A stretch of DNA of 63,454 bases, the filler included, from Collodictyon triciliatum (Eukaryota), in NCBI GenBank assembly GCA_043381765.1. It is 31 parts of 31 records of this genome, joined end to end, with 100 filler letters (N's around TTAATTAATTAA, not from the genome) between each part and the next. Parts side by side here need not be neighbours in the genome. Positions count along the whole stretch, not along the records: positions 51,274 to 53,221 come from JBHJMP010009849.1; positions 53,322 to 55,268 come from JBHJMP010009850.1; positions 55,369 to 57,315 come from JBHJMP010009851.1; positions 57,416 to 59,362 come from JBHJMP010009852.1; positions 59,463 to 61,408 come from JBHJMP010009853.1; positions 61,509 to 63,454 come from JBHJMP010009854.1; 25 more parts are not named here. One strand, given 5' to 3'. Shown one piece after another: positions 51,655 through 63,454 of this stretch. The notes beneath the pieces are model-generated. The model was not told where the DNA came from, made no database searches, and saw only the letters and a program-made list of their open reading frames with translations. Both the position numbers and the translations under genes were made by a program. How positions within the stretch are numbered: position 1 is the stretch's first letter; each line of letters begins with the position of its first letter.

Positions 51655-52520
51655 CCCCACCAGACAGAGAGACTCCTACAAACCTGCCACAGTCCAAAGA
51701 TCACAGAAAATTATATCAACTATATATATATATAAGTTCCGGTAGTCAAGCTGAATAATCTGCAAGCTTTGTCACTCAAGGTGTTGGTCGTTCTTGCGAG
51801 GCCCACGGCTTCTTCGCGCCACTGATCTCTTCGAAGGTTATCTCTCAATAGCCTCAGCGATGTTCTGATTGGGTTCATTGTGTGGTTATGTGAGCAACTT
51901 TGTTGATCATAAATTCCAGAATTGTATTCCAGAACAGGTGCAGACATCCGACGAAGCTTTCGGGTCTTCATGGCCATGCAAAGGAAGTGCTGACAAAGCC
52001 TCCAATATAGTGTGAAAAGTATAATAATACAGAAAAAAAAAGGAACGAAAGAAAACCAAAGAAGTCAGGCGATCAGAAGTGCGGAGGATTCCTCAAACCC
52101 GGTGGCTTAATGATTAATTTCTTTTTCGACTGAAAGTAGGATCATAGCGAACCAGAGGATCACACCCTTTTCGTTCTTGCCCACCCAAAGGAATTTTGGG
52201 TTCAACAAGAAAAGTGTTTATATTTTCGCTTCTTTTGATTTCTTTCTTTTTTTTCTTTTTTTCTTTCTTTTTTTCTTTCTTTTTTTCTTTTTCTTTTTCT
52301 TTTTCTTTTTCTTTTTCTTTTTCTTTTTTTTCCTTTTTCTTTTTTTTCCTCTTTCTTTTTTCTTCTTTCTTCTTCTTTTAGAGACCTCAGAAAAAAAAAG
52401 GCTGGACGAAGAAGATTCAATATTTGAGTTCTAAAATTATGTGCTCATTCCTAGTCTACAACGACGTAAAATAGAAAGGGGGAGTATAGAAAGTACTAGA
52501 AAAGAAGCTTACCGGAAGAC

Positions 52521-53017
52521 ATGCTTTACATAACGAAAATTGCTCGTGTTCGAGACGCACTTCCGTTGGCTGCTTCTGCTGACGGTGACGATGTCAAAAT
52601 GGACGAATATTCTAATCAAGCCAAGCGACTTTTTCGAGAGCTGAGTCCTTCAACCCCGCCTCGACGAACTTTGGAGTCTGGCTCATACTGTTTCCAGTAA
52701 TTTAATTGTATATATATGCTGTTAATAAATTCAAGTACCATCCACCATTTTTTTTCAATTTCTTATCCTACTTATTTGTTGACTTTGTCTGTTTGATACA
52801 TTCACTTCCAAAGGTAAGAAACTATTACATTCCTAAATATGTCTATCTTTCAACTTTAGCCATGTGATTGAACGCGGAGTCTGCTTTCTTGTATTAACAG
52901 AGAGGAATTATCCGCAAAAGATTGCCTTCGCATACCTGGAGGATCTCGTGAGAGAGTTTTTTACTCAACATGACGGAGTCGAAGAGGCGACCAGGCCTTA
53001 CAGCTTCATCAAGTTTG
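52521..53017 (+). CDS. SEC22: SEC22 longin R-SNARE, first two exons
   Basis: IARVRDALPLAAS..YSNQAKRLFREL..ESGSYCFH|HVIERGVCFLVLTERNYPQKIAFAYLEDL..RPYSFIKF. Confidence 0.92.
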
Positions 53018-53321
53018 GTATGGCTGTCTATTTTATGATTTAGTCGTCTTATGCTTTTCTATTATCTTTTTCTATTATCTTTTTCTATTATCTTTTTCTA
53101 TTATCTTTTTCTAGTATCTTTTTCTATTATCTTTTTCTATTATCTTTTTCTATTATCTTTTTCTATTATCTTTTTCTATTATCTTTTTCTATTATCTTTT
53201 TCTATTATCTTTTTCTATTTTNNNNNNNNNNNNNNNNNNNNNNNNNNNNNNNNNNNNNNNNNNNNTTAATTAATTAANNNNNNNNNNNNNNNNNNNNNNN
53301 NNNNNNNNNNNNNNNNNNNNN

Positions 53322-53418
<97 letters not shown>

Positions 53419-53493
53419 TAGTGTAGCAAGCCAAAAAAAAAATAATGTTTAACCAAAATCGAAATCTAGGACAGAGCTGGAAATGCAAGTCAC

Positions 53494-55065
53494 CTGCAGA
53501 CAGCAACAACCCATACCGAATCCCATCGCATCCATATAAATGGCGTCGGGCTTCGCCTCAGACAGATCGTTGTACTGCGTGTCATGAAGCGAATTTTAGA
53601 TAGGAATTCAGCCTTTCTATGCACAAAATCAAACAGAAAAGGATATAATGAAGCATGGAACTGATTCTTCATGCATTAGAAAGGCAAACCCTGTTGAAAT
53701 TTGGAGCAGATTCATCCTCATACAAAGGATGCGGAGGGACGGTTGGAAGAGGGACAGGTATAATTGTATTTTCGTCCTTAAATATTGGGACTGTGGAAAA
53801 GGGAAACCGCATTATTTTTCGGAAAGAAAATCATAACGGGTATGTAAAAATTAGACAGCGTATTTGAAGATGGGCTGATACGTGAACTCTCAAGACTAAA
53901 AATAACCGTTTATGGCGACGTTGTGTCCTCTTCGTTCTCGAATATTTGCCGTCAACGTCCTTCATTGGTCAGAAAGTGATCAGAGAATGAGTAATAACTT
54001 TCTTTTTTAACGATTAAATTCCATGGAATTAGGCTTGGAAATTGAAGAAAATATCGGCGTGAAGCTCTCAACTCACGGGAAGCGGGGATGCTGCATAATT
54101 AGGTCATCCGGGATAAAAAGAGACCTAGCAGCAGGCCCGTTTGCGGGAAGTGCTGGATAAATTTTTGTTTCTCAGGTATCGAATTTTTTAATTACAAGTG
54201 TGAAGATAAGAAAAAAATTACAGCTGCAGAAGTAAAGATATATGAGATGAATAAAGCGCAGTCATGATTTTTGTATTATTTTAGTGTCTAGATAGATGAT
54301 AAGGATATAATATGTATTAAAAAAATCGAATCATCATATTGAAGATTTGATTTATATTTAATATCCAATTCATTGTAATTTCACTTTGGTGTCCCAGTAG
54401 ATTGTACCTGGTTGCGTGAAACTACCCACACCCATCAAGGGGAAGCTGGCAATAGAGAGCATAAATTCTCCAGGACGTAGTAAGGACTTGACAAGACTTC
54501 TCCTGAAAAGAGAGCATTTCAGAAAGGACCGTGAGGGATGATAGAAAATAAGGGTTACATATGGATAATTGAATCACCTTTCTTTCATATTCTTTTCCAC
54601 TAAGACAAGATCTGAAACTGCTGAGCTGTATGGGGAACCAGGAGTTCCTGTACCGTGTATAAATCGGCGAGAAAAGAGGAAAAATAGAGAAATTAGTGTG
54701 TGTATAAGGGGAGCAATGTCCTTAGAACTAGAATAAACCTAAACATTGAGTGTTTGCGGATGACAAGTGCTATGTATACAAATACAACCTTCTAGCATAA
54801 ACATAGCATATTCGGGCTTCCAGTCTGTGTTTGACGGATTCCTGGGGTCAAGAAAGTTCAGTTAAATTTATTCATGAAATAAATGGAGAGCAAGACAATG
54901 AAATGGTTCATTTTTTTAAGTGAAGTTATATTATGTCTCTGAGAGGGAAATCAATTGAAATGACATTGAGCAATGGTGGTTGATTTCGTCGATAATCTCC
55001 AACGCCCTCAAGACAACAGTAGATGTTTTGGACTCTGGCTCGAGGTGAACAACCATATATTCAAC
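53494..55065 (-). CDS. GCLC: Glutamate-cysteine ligase catalytic subunit, internal exons
   Basis: [76 protein letters not shown]. Confidence 0.93.
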
Positions 55066-55175
55066 CTTTTTCGAGTTTGATATATGTTGAATGTACAGTC
55101 AGTGAAAAGATAGGTGAAAGACAGGTTTCCCTGAAAGGAGTTACAAATCCATTCATTTCGACAATAGCGAGAAAA

Positions 55176-55267
<92 letters not shown>

Positions 55268-55375
55268 ANNNNNNNNNNNNNNNNNNNNNNNNNNNNNNNN
55301 NNNNNNNNNNNNTTAATTAATTAANNNNNNNNNNNNNNNNNNNNNNNNNNNNNNNNNNNNNNNNNNNNATTTTTT

Positions 55376-57310
55376 ACCCATTCTATTCCGCCTCTAGGGT
55401 CGACCAGTGTTGATGCAAAAGTAAGGTACTCTTTGTCGCCTTTGTAAGTAGAGAATGATCGAATGCCATTTATGGGTTCCAGTCCACCTGTGCTATCCTT
55501 TGCAAGTTTCTGGTAGAGTAGATTATTTTTAGAGTTTTATTCAAAAAAAGCTGAAAATCGAGCAAAAAGTTAATCTGAATAGTAAAATGGCACTTTTCTT
55601 TCTTTTAATTAAATAGTAAAATGGCATTATCAAGAGTTATTGCTCACATCTGCCGACTTTATCATGAGTTTGTTGTTAGAATTCTTGTAAGACACCATTT
55701 TTTTATTCTCATCAACAATAAGAATATTCAAAGTGTTCGCTATTATACTGCCATCCTTTATACATATTTATACTTGATGAATATTTTCCCTTAATATTAT
55801 TCAGTCATTTCTTCTTGAATGTATTACGGTTAGTTCAATAGTTAATTAATTAAATTCGTATCAGCAAACCTTCTGGAGAATATAAGCTTCGCCATTTTCG
55901 CTAGTCTTTATGCTTTTGAGTTTATCTTGCACTAAGCCTAGGTTTGTAGCGACACAGGCAGCACCGACGAACGTGGCTTAAATATAAGGATTAATTTATT
56001 TTAGCCAAAAGAATGTCCTTGATTTTTCCAGTTAAATTAATACAATAATTATAAATAATCATAATAATTAATTTTTTCTATGTTTCAAAGTATCTGAATA
56101 TTCATGAATTAGTAAGGATATCTACTTTCGCTCAGTTCTTTGTATATTGGTCTACATGCTGCTATACTCAATACTCCGCCTCCTGTTGCGATTAGTGTAT
56201 ATACAGGAGACCAGGTTGGACCTTTTCTACTTTTGGCTGCCTTGTACCTTAAGTTATTATATTGAATATGCTCTCAACAGTCTAAACACTATCAAATGAA
56301 AAATACTTAATTTGTTTCAAAGTGATTATAAGATCAAAAATAATTTAAACCATGGCCTTATGGTACTATTAAAACCAGGAACTCTGTTTCTTATCTGAAG
56401 ATCTGTAAAAGGAATTGAAATTGTCTCTCTGGTAATATATCCGTCTCTTAGTTCAAAATTTGTTTCAGGTGCTGCACACGCCCAGTAAGTTGGTCCTTTA
56501 TCCTTTAGAATAGCTGATATAATTAAAAAATTTACTTAATATTCTTTTACAAATACTGAGCTCCAGTTTTATATCTTGGGCTTTACCAGCAACACTTCCA
56601 TCCTCTATTCCGAAGTAAGCTTGAGAATACGATATTGATTTCTAAAAAAGGTTTATGTTTATAAAAATATATTAAAATGCTGCTTAAAAAAACATAGATC
56701 TCGAATCGTTTAAGAAAAAAACTTCGACAATTCCTATGTTCATTAGCCTGGCGGCCTTGTCGTCACAATTTATGCCGTTGGTTCCCAAATCCATATCGAA
56801 AACAGTTGCTTCGAAACCGCGCAACATCTCATGAGGAATATCAAGAGAAGCTTGTATTTCTTTCCTTATGCGCTCTACAGTCTTTGTGTAATTATATTGA
56901 AAAATAATTAATTTATATATTCGTACTTTCCTACTTACAATTGATGAAATACCATTAATAATAAAGATTTTTAAACTTTTTTTGGTTTCTTTTCAACAGT
57001 TTATTGAGAGAAAACAAAGCCGAGGAAACCGCCTTCGCCTCTAGGACAAGACAAGATTTTTAAACTTTTTAATTTCATGAGTAAAAACCTGGGTCTGCAG
57101 CTGATTGGAAATGTCATTGACAGACTAAAAACAAATAAAAATGAGGGTCAGCATACATAATACATTTGTATATGAGAATGATAATGTATATATCGAAAGA
57201 AATCTATCACAGGAATATATGTTTTTTATGTCTACTCACCGAAAAGCCGAACGTGTATGAAGGCACAACGCTCACCAAAGCAACTGAGACGACAGAGAAG
57301 AAAGACAGCA
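55376..57310 (-). CDS. Membrane receptor N-terminal region: TM helix plus extracellular dCache-type sensor domain, multi-exon
   Basis: TM segment VVSVALVSVVPSYTFGFS|SVNDISNQLQ. Then YFGIEDGS, FNSTIRPW..KAAK..GPTWSPVY, FVGAACV, GEAYILQK|DGSIIA. Confidence 0.65.
56964..57070 (-). mobile_element. 71-bp 5'-truncated retroposon (family B) with 18-bp target-site duplication, inside an intron
   Basis: aagatttttaaacttttt occurs at 56964-56981 and again at 57053-57070. The insert carries AATAAA and matches two other copies. The pre-insertion site reads TT/AAAA on the minus strand. Confidence 0.85.
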
Positions 57311-57502
57311 AAAGANNNNNNNNNNNNNNNNNNNNNNNNNNNNNNNNNNNNNNNNNNNNTTAATTAATTAANNNNNNNNNNNNNNNNNNNNNNNNNNNNN
57401 NNNNNNNNNNNNNNNTTTTTGTTTTTTGTTTTTTGTTTTTTGTTTTTTTGTTTTTTTGTTTTTTTGTTTTTTGTTATTTCGGGTGGATACATAAAACCAT
57501 AC

Positions 57503-59239
57503 CAAGAATTCTCGCCCAGTTGATGCTATTCACTGCACCTAATTTATACTTGTCTCTGAATTCAAGGTCGCCAAACAGCGTCTTGACGATGGCCTGTCCG
57601 TCATCGAATGTCCCATCTTAAAAATATTATGAAAATACACTGTCACATGTAATACCAGTAATGATATAAAAATACTGATAATCACAATTATAATCATAAT
57701 GATGGTGATCTTTGTTATGCTTTTGATCGAAATCTATTTATTGAAGTCAAAAAATAGAAAGAAATGAAACCAATCGCGATGTTGTGTATGTTTTCATCAA
57801 GAACTGAAGTCATTTGTGCTTCTTGAAAGGGACTTACTCGACCTTTGAAAGTAAATGCGTAAGTCTGTAAAGGCTAAGGAAACAGTGAGATTTAAGAAAT
57901 TTTTGATTTGAAGATAAACGCCCACAACATTCAATGGAACAAAGATATACCGTTTGGATAAAGCATAAATAACTCGACGCCTGCTTTTCCTTTGAGACCA
58001 TATATTGCCGCACTGCCAGTATCACCAGATGTTGCACCCAAAACACACATCTTCTTCTGTTCTGTTAACCATGTAAAAAAATTCAATGTCAAAAGCTTCA
58101 TTCTTGCTTTACTTTTTAAGTAGCTGTATTAAAATTTTTGGATGTTTTAAATTATGCTATGGTGATACAGGTGCATTATATTGATATGAATATGGATGTT
58201 ATTACAAAGACCAAAAAAAATTAATGGCATGTAAGATAGGCTGAAACCTCCTGTCCTTAGGATATATTCAAAAAGATTTCCCAGGAATTGAAGAGCCTAA
58301 ATATAAATATATTGCCAATAATTATTCCTTTCTGATATAATACGACAGTCAAGACTGCGTTGATGCCAGAAAGAAAAAGAAAAGGGACTTGTTAAAACAG
58401 AAGCTGCATGGGGGAAATAACTTGCCACGTCTTTGAATGCCAAGGTTGGTCCGTGAAAAAGCTCGAGAATAAAAATATTTCGTGACGATCTATCATGCAA
58501 TTACATTGTTTTTGTCGTTACTTTTGGATTGATCAGGAGGTGGCAAATCAATCGAATTGAATCATATGTTATTGTGATTGTTTGCTAACTACCGAACTCA
58601 CTTTTCGACAAGACATTTTTTTCTTCAAAATAATCCGTTTTTTTAATAAAAATATGTAACGATAATACATCCATGTAAACAATTAACTGATTAAAATCTA
58701 TTGTAAACAGACCCTGGAATCCTTAGAGGAACCACGGGTGTGACTTCGGCATGATGGAAGGCGCCACAACTTCTCTCAATCAATTCCTTTTGTTAATAAG
58801 AGAGACTGAGTATAAGGACAAAAAGGTATTTGGTCTACATACAACTTTTTTAAAAAAAAAAACGAGAGAGAGAAAACGATGATATAATAAATAAACAAAA
58901 CAAAACAAAAAAACACACATATGAGAGACGTAGGAAACTTGTCAGCTTGCACAGTGCAAACAACAAGAAGAGGGTAAATGTATAAGTGATGAACACCTTG
59001 AGGTCCTCATGCGGGACTTGGTCCTTTGGCACAAAAGCAGCACATATGTTAAACATGATGTGTGCGAAACCCAGTTCCTTCCACGCTGCGATTTCTTGGA
59101 GGGAAAAGTGCGGAAGCGAATCCGGGATGTAAAGGCCGCCGTCGGGTGCAAGGCCGCTCATGACTGCCTCGCGGAAGGTGCAGCCCACTGAGTCGCTTCG
59201 GGTGCTGTGAAGATTAAAGGGCGAACCGCAGCTGGACAT
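57503..59239 (-). CDS. THR4: Threonine synthase, 5' part, multi-exon
   Basis: STR, GLAPDGGLYIP, LELFHGPTLAFKDV|ALQFLGNLFEY, GATSGDTGSAA, GRVSPFQEAQMT, GTFDDGQ, AVNSINWARI. Confidence 0.95.
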
Positions 59240-59462
59240 GGCGTCTTCTCAACCTTGTTTCTTTGGATAGTTTTTTTTTTGTTTTTTTTGTTTTTTTTTG
59301 TTTTTTTTTTTGTTTTTTTTGTTTTTTTTTTGTTTTTTTTGTTTTTTTGTTTTTTTGTTTTTNNNNNNNNNNNNNNNNNNNNNNNNNNNNNNNNNNNNNN
59401 NNNNNNTTAATTAATTAANNNNNNNNNNNNNNNNNNNNNNNNNNNNNNNNNNNNNNNNNNNN

Positions 59463-61407
59463 TTGATGTGATGTCATACACAGAGCTATCCGTCAGTCTC
59501 ATGGACAATGCCAGCGTCGCTCTTTGATAGACCTGTGTGCATGCATAGCGAGTCAGCTTAGTCAGCGACACTGTGCTGGAGCCTGTGTATGTCGGATATG
59601 GACTGGAAGAGACACTCAGTGACACAAATCCAATCACGGTGATGTCCACGCTTCCCTGTAAATTGGGTGCGTTGGTGACTGTCACTACTATCGCCGCGGT
59701 TCCGAAGCCATTGCCAGTCGCAACCACATAGACCTCTGTGATGCTGGATGACACTACTGTCGTCTCCATATGAATGATGTCATTTGTATCGGCTGTGGTG
59801 TCGTCATAGTTTGTCCTAGAGTCTAGTGTGTAGTCACTTTGCTTTCCATTCTCAAAAGTGCACATGACCTTCAGGTTACTCTTCGTGGGTATGCCAACAG
59901 TTGTTGATAGGTCATTGTCACTCGTGATTTTAGTATCTGTGACAGTCACTGCTATTTGAGTAATCTTGGGCAGCTTCAAGTTGACGAGTCCGAGTCCGTC
60001 ACCAAGGCTCTTGCTACAGGAGCTCCACTGAACATTGACATAGTATCCGCACCCGTTGGAGACTGATATCACTCTTGGAGGCGAGCTCATGACCGAAATG
60101 GAAGGGTTGGTTGATGTAATGGCGAGTCCGTCTAACTCATCTACCTCCATTCGTGTGTCATCAGAAAAGTAGGCGTACACCACAACATGACCTACCTTGC
60201 CTTCAAAGTCCAGGTTTTGAGACACGGACGCCTTCACGCTGCTTGTGGATGTGGGTGTCAATGCGTTACTTGGCGTCACCGAAAGTATCGATACATCGGT
60301 GAACACGATTGGCATCAGCTTCGTCACGGAGACTTCGATGTCGGTCACACTCAATGATATTGTGTTTGATTGGAAACCGGCGACATTGACTGTAGCGACT
60401 CCTGCTGCAATACCGACAATAACTGTGTTATCTTTCACACTCACAATGCTGCTGTCAGATACCTCTAGAGAAATCAACTTGGATACATCGGCGAAGAAGC
60501 TGTCACTTCCGCTCACAAATGATACAGTCGCAGTGATTCTGCTGCTTTGATATTTGTACCCGGTGCAATCAACGGTCTTGAAGTTGGAGATTCGATTGAG
60601 TATCCTGTCGGGGGTGCTTATGTTGATAGGAGCTGCTGGATACCACACACGGACACCAGTGGTTGCAGCGCTGTGTGAGAGCGACACAAAGCTTGAGCCG
60701 GATGTCTCACTTCCTGTCATGACAATAGTACAGCCCTGTACGGGTGCGACTTGTGGGTCGGGGCTGGTGCATGATGCTTGTGAAGTAATATCTCTTTGTG
60801 TTTGAAACTCGTAGAACTCTATTACTTTCAGTGGGACGGTCACACTGCGATTGGTGATTACGGCTGTGTTGACGATTTGCTGCTGAAGAGAAGCAATGAA
60901 GTGGCCTCTTGCAGTGTCTTGAGCAACAACAACATATCCTGTATCGCTTGACTGTGTTATATCAAACACAATTCCGTTTGTTGACTCGCTGACTATCGGT
61001 ATGTTCTGGACGTCTGTCATCTGTTTGATTACGAAGCTGACTTCGCCACTACTCTGTGTGGGCGAATCCTTCATCTTCCATGTGATTGTTGCGACGTTGA
61101 CCGCTCCTGTGGCAGACGAGTCGCTGATGCCACTTTGGCGTGTCCATACAATCGATGCACTATTTTGTTGGATGTTTGTTGCACCTGAAAACTTGCCATC
61201 TCCGCTGATGCTCACAATGGACGCCACAGATGATGGTATATTGATCAAAACATTGAAGCCTTCGAGCACTCTTCCGTTTGTGTACGCTGTCAATGTCGAT
61301 GTGAAAGTGGATGAAGGTAGGTTGGGTTTCTGTGGCAGCTGCAATTTCATTCCTGCAGATGGATTGGAGCCATAGTTGGGTAAGGCGACGAGCGTAGCTG
61401 GTGTCAA
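59463..61407 (-). CDS. TMEM132-like large extracellular protein (cohesin-like plus Ig/BIG modules), internal portion in one long exon
   Basis: IVNTAVIT..VTVPLKV..DIT..CTSPD..GC..GSET.G..VRVWYP..DRILNRI..C..YQ..FSDDTR..G.G..V.W..C follows the TMEM132 module pattern. Confidence 0.7.
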
Positions 61408-62691
61408 TNNNNNNNNNNNNNNNNNNNNNNNNNNNNNNNNNNNNNNNNNNNNTTAATTAATTAANNNNNNNNNNNNNNNNNNNNNNNNNNNNNNNNNNNN
61501 NNNNNNNNCTGGCTTAAATAACTCTTGGACTGAGTCCAGTTAACATCGATTAGATGAAGGATTAATTAGTATTCAAAAATATTGTTCCAGTGGAATTTTA
61601 AACAGGATATTAATAAGTGTGCAACCTTGAAGACATATTTTAGCTGGAATGAGAGTGCTTGAGCGAACGAGAAGAACTGAGCCTGTCGGTGATGAATACT
61701 GTCGTGTTTTCTTTTCTCGGGAAGCGATTCCGAGTCCGATGACTGAGACTATCATTATAAAGGTCACGCCCTTTTCGTTGCTTTTTCGGTCTTTCATTAC
61801 AGCTCAGTTGATTGTACATATTCGTGCAGTTTGCGAAGGAAAGAATTTTTTATTATTTTTCGTATAGGTAAATGAAGCAGTCTTTTTGTCTTTGAATAAT
61901 TTGTTCTATGTCTCTTCCATTAATTGTGGTATGTCTGTCACTTATTATTGATTGAGAGCCTGTATCTCGACGCAAGCTCGCCCCTCACATGATGTTCACG
62001 CATTATAGTTCTGGTTTCATGCGATTTCATCATGAATTCAATTGAATCTGTGGAGGTGTGACAATAAGCAATAAAACAATATCCATAAACATTAAACACT
62101 ACGAAAGAAAAGCAAACGAGAAAAGGAAAGAACTAAGTTTGGGCATTCCATATCATTTTTATAATAGGATATAATACAGATTGAAAACATTTACAATTTG
62201 TGGTGCATGTCGAATACTGCGTCCCAAATTTTCCGAATTTTTGCAGCAGGAATACACGTCGTGCATCATTGGGAGATATCGCACCTGGAGCATTCGAGAA
62301 TGTTCTGCCTTCCCAATCACCACACGAGCCACACACTGCACACGAGCGACACATAGTCCAATTCGCCCACTATATATTGAAATGGCCGCATCTTTATTCG
62401 AACGGAAGATTCGCCAGCCTTTGTGGGATATTTAACCTTCGTCCCGTCGAAATCGCTGCTGCCCTGCGCTCTTTCTTTCACGCTACCTTATCACACCACT
62501 CATTCGCAATGCGCATTCTATTCTCTGTGTGCACAACCGCACTGCCCTCACCCGAGCAACGCCAGTCTGTGTGACTTGTCAAGTGCAGTCGCAAAACAAA
62601 TAAACACCGCTGTGCACTAACACAACCCAGTCCACCCGTCCACACAACCCCCAGAACCCGTCCAAACCACCCCCGCCCCACTTCTGCCGGC

Positions 62692-63394
62692 ATGGCCAAC
62701 GAGGCCGCGCTTTTAGAAGAGGTCCGAAAGATCGCCGGGGAACGCGACATCGCCTCTTTAAAAAGCCTCGAGAGTCTGAATCTCAATAACAGGAATCTGA
62801 TATCCGTACCGCGTGGCGTTTTCTTGTTGACTGGTCTGAAAAGATTGGGCCTTGATGGCAATCAGTTGTCGTTGCTTCCTCCACAAATATCTTGTTTGAC
62901 TGGTCTCACATTGCTTTGGGTTAATGACAATCAGTTGTCGTTGCTGCCTCCAGAAATATCATGTTTGACTGGTCTCACTGAGCTTTATGTTGATCACAAT
63001 CAGTTGTCGTTGCTGCCAGCACAAATATCGTGTTTGACTCGTCTCATTGGTCTTGATGTTCGTGGCAATCAGTTGTCATCGCTGCCTGCACAAATATCAT
63101 GTTTGACTGGTCTTGAATGGCTTTATGTTTTTGACAACCCGGTATGTTTTTATTCAATCGTTGCTCCAATTTTTATTTATGTTGAAAAGATAAAGTCACT
63201 GACAACGAGGCATGCAGATGATGGAGCTTCCACCACAATTCACAGCGCTCACAAATATGAGGACGCTCTACATCAAAGGCTATGGCCGACAGACCATAAA
63301 GAGAGCGCCGCGTGGCATCACAGCCCTTCCAGTGTGGAACAACACAGGAAACACAGACTACAAACTCATCCGCGCGCTGCAGCTCTATGACCCC
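62692..63394 (+). CDS. Leucine-rich repeat protein with 23-aa repeats (exons 62692-63141 and 63218-63394), continues off contig
   Basis: LTGLxxLxVxxNQLSLLPxQISC x4.5. A gtatgt...gcag intron joins the exons in frame to MMELPPQFTALTNMRTLYIKG. Confidence 0.92.
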
Positions 63395-63454
63395 GTAAGC
63401 CAAGAAATACAAAGATAAAAATAACAAAAAAAAAGTATCCTAAAACATAAAAAA

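Overview
This is not one contiguous locus. It is 31 short (~1.95 kb, length-sorted) contigs from an AT-rich, intron-rich, microsatellite-rich unicellular eukaryote (amoeba-like by gene content; exact taxon not determinable). The contigs are joined by N-runs containing an artificial TTAATTAATTAA six-frame-stop linker, so adjacency across gaps means nothing. Most long ORF-track entries are microsatellite or antisense noise. Manual splicing of exons recovers partial genes for: an NHL-repeat protein, an NB-ARC-like STAND NTPase, a 109-aa prothymosin-like acidic protein, a membrane-anchored BtuF/CBA1-like binding protein, a DENND11-like protein, a PKD2-like channel, a serpin, a class III cyclase C-terminus, a START protein, an RCCR-like bilin reductase, a Ras/Rap GTPase, a TKL kinase, AP-3 delta head-to-head with SEC22, GCLC, a Cache-domain receptor, threonine synthase, a TMEM132-like protein and an LRR protein whose 69-nt repeats vary almost only at ligand-facing codons. 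There are also two decayed pseudogenes (Zn-ADH, NHL). Fragments of an L1/Tx1-type LINE lie on five contigs, and a second retroposon has three copies, one a 71-bp insertion with an 18-bp TSD at a TT/AAAA site. All family assignments come from motif recognition by eye, not database searches.
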